A stretch of DNA of 64,000 bases from Candidatus Binatia bacterium (lineage in GTDB: Bacteria > Desulfobacterota > Binatia > UBA12015). The notes under the pieces were generated by a model, which saw nothing but the letters and a program-made list of their open reading frames with translations, had not been told where the DNA came from and made no database searches. Positions within the stretch are counted from its first letter, which is position 1. Each line of letters begins with the position of its first letter. The DNA lies in assembly GCA_965658895.1 (NCBI GenBank), contig CBFHUR010000006.1:50131-114130 (forward strand), read 5' to 3'. Below are positions 59,475 to 64,000 of the stretch, piece by piece. The translations under genes and the position numbers were made by a program.

Positions 59475-60373
59475 ACGCTGCGGGCCTCGAGCGTTACCTG
59501 CGGCTCCGGCGTGGAGAAGTGGATGCCGAACTTCGGACCATATTGTCTCCTCGATCGGGTCGCCCCCCAGACCTGACGCGCGCGATGCGCTATGCGGTTC
59601 TTGGTTCAGGCAAACGAATTCGTCCCATTCTGGCGCTTGCTGCGGCCGAAGCCGTCGGCGGTGCCCGAAAGCGACGTCGCGCAATGGCGGCTGGCTGTGC
59701 AGTGGAAATGATCCACGCCTATTCTCTGGCCCATGACGACCTGCCCGCGATGGACGACGATGATCTGCGCCGTGGCAAGCCATCTCTGCATCGAAAGTTT
59801 GATGAGGCCACAGCGATCCTTGCCGGGGATGCCTTGCTGACGGACGCATTTGCCGTGGCGGCCTCCGGGGCACGCCGGGCGGAGGCTGCAGGCGGACTGC
59901 AGGTCGTGGTCGAGATCGCTGAAGGCGCGGGGAGCGTCGGGATGGTGGCCGGTCAGGTTGCCGATATTGCGTCAGAGGGAAAGCGGCACCCCAGCCGTCG
60001 GCAGGTCGATGGAATTCACGCCCGGAAGACCGGCGCGCTGATTCGGGCAGCGGTTCGGGCGGGGGCGTTGGCCGCCGGGGCGACGCCGTCGGAGCTGAAG
60101 GACCTGACGCGATTTGCCGAGAGTTTTGGTTTGGCTTTCCAGATCGTTGACGACTTGCTTGATGAGACCGCGTCGGTGGCGGTTCTGGGCAAGAAGGCGG
60201 GCGGCGATCGTGCCCGGGGCAAAGCGACCTATCCCGCGATTCTGGGTCTCGAGGGGGCTCGTGCGGCCGCTGAGTGCGAACGCCAACAGGCCGTGCAGGC
60301 TTTGCGGCGGTTTGGTCGTCGAGGCCAGCCGCTGGAGGCGATCCTCGATCGTGTCTTCGCGCGAGCGGCTTGA
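59471..60373 (+). CDS. ispA: polyprenyl synthetase (farnesyl diphosphate synthase / geranyltranstransferase)
   Basis: FARM 'LAHDDLPAMDDDDLRRG' and SARM 'FQIVDDLLD'. The xseB-ispA order is conserved. It overlaps xseB by 4 nt. Confidence 0.85.
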   Translation: MNAAGLERYLRLRRGEVDAELRTILSPRSGRPPDLTRAMRYAVLGSGKRIRPILALAAAEAVGGARKRRRAMAAGCAVEMIHAYSLAHDDLPAMDDDDLRRGKPSLHRKFDEATAILAGDALLTDAFAVAASGARRAEAAGGLQVVVEIAEGAGSVGMVAGQVADIASEGKRHPSRRQVDGIHARKTGALIRAAVRAGALAAGATPSELKDLTRFAESFGLAFQIVDDLLDETASVAVLGKKAGGDRARGKATYPAILGLEGARAAAECERQQAVQALRRFGRRGQPLEAILDRVFARAA

Positions 60374-61097
60374 TACTCGTCTGGTCGGCCTTGGGCTCGC
60401 CGAGAGTCGGGAGCGTGCCAAGGGTTTGATTCTGGCGGGGCTGGTGCGAGTGGATGGGGAGCCCGTCGCGCAAGCGGGGTTCCGTGTTCGCGAGGAGCAG
60501 AAGATCGAGGTGAGCGGTCCGGAGCATCCGTTTGTTTCGCGTGGGGGCGTGAAGCTTGCGGGCGCGCTCGATGGATTCTCCTTTTCTGTGCGAGATCGGA
60601 TTTGTTTCGATGTGGGGGCCTCCACCGGCGGGTTTACCGATTGTCTGCTCCAGCGAGGGGCCGCGACGGTGCATGCTGTTGACGTCGGCTACGGCCAGCT
60701 TGCCTGGAAATTGCGCGAGGATCCGCGGGTCCTGGTGCGAGAGCGTACCAATGTGCGCAAGATGGCCCCGGGGGTCCTGGACCCGCAACCCAGCCTCGCG
60801 GTCATCGACGCTTCGTTCATTTCCTTGCGATTGTTGCTCGCCCCGACGCTCGCGCAGCTCGGTGGCGCTCGCGAGATTATCGCCCTGGTCAAGCCGCAGT
60901 TCGAGGTCGGTCGGGAGAAGGTTGGCAAGGGGGGCGTGGTCAACGACCCGGAACTCCGTCGAGAGGCGGTCGAAAATGTGGCTCGCCACGCCGAGGGCTT
61001 GGGGCTTTCGGTCTGCGGTGTGCGGGACTCGACCCTCCCGGGGGCAAAAAAGGGCAACGTCGAGGCATTTCTCTATCTGCGATCTGTCGACAGTTGA
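60351..61097 (+). CDS. tlyA: TlyA family rRNA (cytidine-2'-O)-methyltransferase / hemolysin A-like
   Basis: S4 domain 'RLDTRLVGLGLAESRERAKGLILAGLVRVDG' plus FtsJ-like MTase 'FDVGASTGGFTDCLLQRGA'. The proposed GTG start at 60351 overlaps the ispA end; the track ORF runs from 60114. Confidence 0.7.
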   Translation: MSSRERLDTRLVGLGLAESRERAKGLILAGLVRVDGEPVAQAGFRVREEQKIEVSGPEHPFVSRGGVKLAGALDGFSFSVRDRICFDVGASTGGFTDCLLQRGAATVHAVDVGYGQLAWKLREDPRVLVRERTNVRKMAPGVLDPQPSLAVIDASFISLRLLLAPTLAQLGGAREIIALVKPQFEVGREKVGKGGVVNDPELRREAVENVARHAEGLGLSVCGVRDSTLPGAKKGNVEAFLYLRSVDS

Positions 61098-61130
61098 AAG
61101 CCAGCCTCAGCCCCGGTATCTACTCCCACC

Positions 61131-61574
61131 GTGGGATGGTTTACGACAGAAAAAAGCGGGGTCGCTGACGAACTCGAGGCTCTCTACAACGAGTACCGTC
61201 GTCTGGAGCGTCAATTGGACGATCAGGCTGACAAGGCGCCTTACCCGCAGGATGCCATCCGGCTCAAGGCTCTTCTGGTATCGGAGGGCGAGAATGCCGC
61301 TTCGGTATCCGCCCGGCTGGCCGTTTTGGGCCGCTATGCCGAGTGGGATGCCACCGCTCGCGTTCGGGTGGGCAGTAATGCCTGGGAGCGTCTCAACGGG
61401 ACTCTCGAGGACTATCGGGCGCTGATCCGGACGCTGGGCCAACTCCTGGTGCGTTGGGACGATGAGAGCCCAGAGGATGCCATTTTGGTCCGGGATCTGC
61501 GGGAACGTGCCCAGCAAGGGCGGATGGAAGTCTCGGATATGGTTTCCCGCGCCGATCCGCACGCCTTGAATTGA
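61131..61574 (+). CDS. hypothetical protein
   Basis: 147-aa ORF between tlyA and rpoZ with protein-like composition and no recognisable motifs. Confidence 0.4.
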   Translation: MGWFTTEKSGVADELEALYNEYRRLERQLDDQADKAPYPQDAIRLKALLVSEGENAASVSARLAVLGRYAEWDATARVRVGSNAWERLNGTLEDYRALIRTLGQLLVRWDDESPEDAILVRDLRERAQQGRMEVSDMVSRADPHALN

Positions 61575-61633
61575 TGGAATTCAGGGCAATTTTTCTCTTT
61601 GCCGCTCCAGACTCGGTTCGCTAAGGTTTTCCC

Positions 61634-61831
61634 ATGGCACGCGTTACCGTTGAAGATTGTCTTGAGAAGGTTCCCAGTCGTTTCGAGCTTGTCCTGCTGG
61701 CCTCCCGGCGCGCAAAGCAGCTGCTCAAGGGCTCTCGGCCGCTGATAGACTCCTCCAACAAGGAAGTTGTCAGCGCCCTCCGCGAGATCGCAGCAGGCAA
61801 GGTGACTGCTGTTCGCTCCGAAGAGGGCTGA
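61634..61831 (+). CDS. rpoZ: DNA-directed RNA polymerase subunit omega
   Basis: '[30 protein letters not shown]' is the canonical RpoZ N-terminus. Confidence 0.9.
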   Translation: MARVTVEDCLEKVPSRFELVLLASRRAKQLLKGSRPLIDSSNKEVVSALREIAAGKVTAVRSEEG

Positions 61832-62100
61832 TCAGGGTCGGTTCTCTGAAACCGCGCGACACGGATTCGAGCAAGGCCGAGGTCCCCATTCTGGATGCGG
61901 AGGTTCTTCCTCCCGATTCGGAAGATGAGCTCAAGGCAGCTGCCACGGCAGAGGAAGTCGAGGAGGCGATCCTCGTCTCCGAGGACATCTCGGACTTCCC
62001 TCCAGAGAACACCGCCGACGAAGAGCCTTCCCCCGGGGAGGTAGATGAACCGGACAAGGCCGGGACCTCAGCTGGAGAAGGGATCGTTCCGAGCGATCCC

Positions 62101-62961
62101 TTGCAGCAGTATCTCGCCGAGGTGCGTCGGCACCCGCTGCTCGATGCCGACGAGGAGCATGCGCTGGCGGTTCTCTGGAAGGAAGATGGCGACCGCGAGG
62201 CTGCGCGAAAACTGGTCTCCGCCAATCTCCGGCTGGTCGTGTCCATCGCGCGACGCTATGAGCGCGCGTTTCGGAATCTTCTGGATCTCGTCCAGGAGGG
62301 CAATATCGGTCTGCTCGAGGCCCTGAAGAATTTCGATCCCTACAGAGGTGTACGATTCCCGTCCTATGCCGTGTGGTGGATTCGGGCGTATGTGATCCGG
62401 TACGTGATGAATAACTGGCGGCAGGTCAAGCTCGGCACGACGCAGGCGCAAAGAAAGTTGTTCTTCAACTTGCAGAAGGAAAAGGATCGGCTCGAACGTG
62501 AGGGGTTCTCTCCCGATCCCAAATTGATTGCCGACCGACTCGCGGTGAAGCCGTCGGAGGTTATCGAGATGGATCAGCGACTTTCGGGTCGCGACCTTTC
62601 GGTGGATACGCCGGTGGGCGAGGGCGGGGAGTCCACGATGCTCGACTTTCTCGGTGCCGGCTCCCCGGATACCGAATCCAGTTTCGGTGATGCTCAGGCG
62701 CGTCATATGATTGCCAGCCGCATTCGCGAATTCGGGGAAAGTCTGGAGGGCAAGGAAGGCGAGATCTTCCACGAGCGCATGATCGCCGAGGAACCTCTGA
62801 CGCTGCGGGAACTGGGCGAACGCTACGAGATCAGCCGCGAGCGAGTTCGCCAGTTGGAGGACAGGATCCGCAAGCGCCTCCGGGATTTTCTCGTGGAGGC
62901 GATCCCGGATATCGCGGACGTCGAGGTTCGTCGCTCGATCACCGATGGCGGCTCAAGCTAG
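62101..62961 (+). CDS. rpoH: RNA polymerase sigma-32 (heat-shock sigma factor)
   Basis: RpoH box 'QAQRKLFFNLQKEKDRL', region 2 'LVQEGNIGLLEALKNFDPYRGVRFPSYAVWWIRAYV' and region 4 'LRELGERYEISRERVRQLE'. The only in-frame start upstream of region 1 is TTG at 62101. Confidence 0.8.
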   Translation: MQQYLAEVRRHPLLDADEEHALAVLWKEDGDREAARKLVSANLRLVVSIARRYERAFRNLLDLVQEGNIGLLEALKNFDPYRGVRFPSYAVWWIRAYVIRYVMNNWRQVKLGTTQAQRKLFFNLQKEKDRLEREGFSPDPKLIADRLAVKPSEVIEMDQRLSGRDLSVDTPVGEGGESTMLDFLGAGSPDTESSFGDAQARHMIASRIREFGESLEGKEGEIFHERMIAEEPLTLRELGERYEISRERVRQLEDRIRKRLRDFLVEAIPDIADVEVRRSITDGGSS

Positions 62962-62992
62962 CGGGGCCTGCGCGGATTCGTTCGCTGTCTTT

Positions 62993-63032
62993 CTCAGTCG
63001 CCCTCAGTCGTGCTCAGCAGCGCTCAGTAGCC
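62993..63032. repeat. 4x tandem 10-bp repeat (CTCAGYNGYS) in convergent 3' intergenic region
   Basis: The four units are ctcagtcgcc, ctcagtcgtg, ctcagcagcg and ctcagtagcc, contiguous with helical 10-bp phasing, between the rpoH stop (62961) and the MBL-hydrolase stop (63024). Confidence 0.5.
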
Positions 63033-63707
63033 CATGGCCGAGAGGAAGTCCTGCAATTTGCCGAACCTCATATAGGGATTGGTGCGCACTTCCTGCCCGA
63101 TGGTGGAGGTGGTCTGCGGTGAGTAGTTGTGTCCGGGGAACAGGACAGTCGGCTCGGGCAGTTTCTTGAGCGTATCATTCAGCGACCGGTAGAGATCCTC
63201 GGGGTCGCTGCCCGGCAGGTCGACGCGTCCACAGGCGCCGATGAAAAGCGTGTCGCCGGAGACCAGGTGTCCGTCCACCAAAAAACATTGCGATCCAGGC
63301 GTATGGCCTGGCGTATGAAGAAATTTGATCTCGATATCGCCTGCCATGCAGGTGTCGCCGCCTTCGGTGGCGACCATGTCCGAGTCCGAGAGTTCGGCAA
63401 CCTTGTGGGCGTAAGGGACCTCGCTTTTATGAAGGTGGATTTTGACCGACTTTTTGGCGATCAATTCGGCCGCGCCATCGATCTCCATGCCCATCATCGA
63501 ACCGCCCATATGGTCCGGGTGGAAATGTGTCACCAGACCCGCGGTGATCTTCATATCATCAGCTTCCGCAATGTTGCAGATGGCATCGATGTCCCATGCG
63601 GCATCGATGACGACACATTCGTGCTTCTCGCGGTCGCCCACGAGGTAGGCGAAATTCTGCATCGGTCCGATTTCGATTTGTTTCAGGTAGAGTCGATCTT
63701 CAGCCAT
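63024..63707 (-). CDS. MBL-fold metallo-hydrolase (hydroxyacylglutathione hydrolase/glyoxalase II-like)
   Basis: 'HFHPDHMGG' (HxHxDH) and 'FLHTPGHTPGSQCF'. I took the start at MAEDRLY (CAT 63705-63707). Confidence 0.8.
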   Translation of the reverse strand: MAEDRLYLKQIEIGPMQNFAYLVGDREKHECVVIDAAWDIDAICNIAEADDMKITAGLVTHFHPDHMGGSMMGMEIDGAAELIAKKSVKIHLHKSEVPYAHKVAELSDSDMVATEGGDTCMAGDIEIKFLHTPGHTPGSQCFLVDGHLVSGDTLFIGACGRVDLPGSDPEDLYRSLNDTLKKLPEPTVLFPGHNYSPQTTSTIGQEVRTNPYMRFGKLQDFLSAMGY

Positions 63708-64000
63708 TGCTGTCCTCGCTTGGTGATTTTCCCAGCCGGAGTCCCTTTTCCCAGAGGACTTCAGGCGTTCCGGTATGATGAGAGATCCAGCGCGCCAGAA
63801 CAAAGAGGAGGTCCGAGAGTCGGTTGAGATACTTCAGTACCTCGGGTTCGACTCCTTCCTCGCGATGCAGACGCAGAACGCTTCGTTCGGCGCGGCGGCA
63901 GACGGTTCTCGCCTGGTGCAGACTCGCTGCCACGCGCCCGCCTGCGGGTAGGATGAAGGATTTCAAATCTTCGAGATCCTCCTGGCAGCGGTCGATGGTG
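63700..64000 (-). CDS. ATP:cob(I)alamin adenosyltransferase (PduO/MMAB type), 3' portion, gene continues beyond window end
   Basis: The C-terminal 'ILPAGGRVAASLHQARTVCRRAERSVL...LNRLSDLLFVLARW' matches the PduO-type adenosyltransferase C-terminus. The reading frame stays open to the window edge. Confidence 0.6.
   Translation of the reverse strand, partial: TIDRCQEDLEDLKSFILPAGGRVAASLHQARTVCRRAERSVLRLHREEGVEPEVLKYLNRLSDLLFVLARWISHHTGTPEVLWEKGLRLGKSPSEDSNG

Noticed and set aside
58512-60989. 825-aa minus-strand ORF
   Set aside because: It is antisense to xseA/xseB/ispA/tlyA, all of which carry canonical motifs, and its translation is Pro/Arg-rich junk.

Overview
This is a high-GC (~65%) bacterial chromosomal segment. 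Genes are densely packed, and most adjacent same-strand genes overlap by 4 nt (ATGA/TGA junctions), which helps define operons. I found no integrase, transposase, CRISPR array, tRNA or rRNA. Because stop codons are rare at this GC content, the six-frame track contains many long antisense ORFs, including an 825-aa ORF antisense to the thiolase gene; I treat these as artefacts. The supported content includes thiolase, a split archaeal-type ADP-forming acetyl-CoA synthetase, TetR regulators, fadD, gcvP, sthA, crotonase, acyl-CoA dehydrogenase and citrate synthase for core and lipid metabolism, plus an RND pump with its adaptor and two half-ABC exporters. Information-processing genes are recQ-msrB, xseA-xseB-ispA-tlyA, rpoZ, rpoH (TTG start) and trmL. 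The most interesting part is a cell-envelope block at about 27–47 kb. It contains a complete dTDP-rhamnose operon (rmlBACD) followed by a DUF4301 gene with apparent UDP-sugar pyrophosphorylase-like motifs (inference), and a double-hotdog dehydratase co-transcribed with a Thr-type sulfatase-superfamily lipoprotein. It also contains a secreted S8 protease with two tandem Cys-containing C-terminal repeat domains. The strongest candidate is a large fusion of an MprF-type flippase-like domain to a paralogous Thr-type sulfatase-superfamily (LtaS/EptA/OpgB-like) domain, followed by a polytopic membrane protein that may be GT-C-like and a GH15 hydrolase. I suggest this is an uncharacterised lipid or glycan head-group transfer-and-flip module. 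Other notable items are an Lgt fused to a TlpA-like thioredoxin domain, a TetR plus ferritin-like diiron protein pair with overlapping stop/start, a perfect palindromic bidirectional terminator, and a 4x 10-bp tandem repeat downstream of rpoH.
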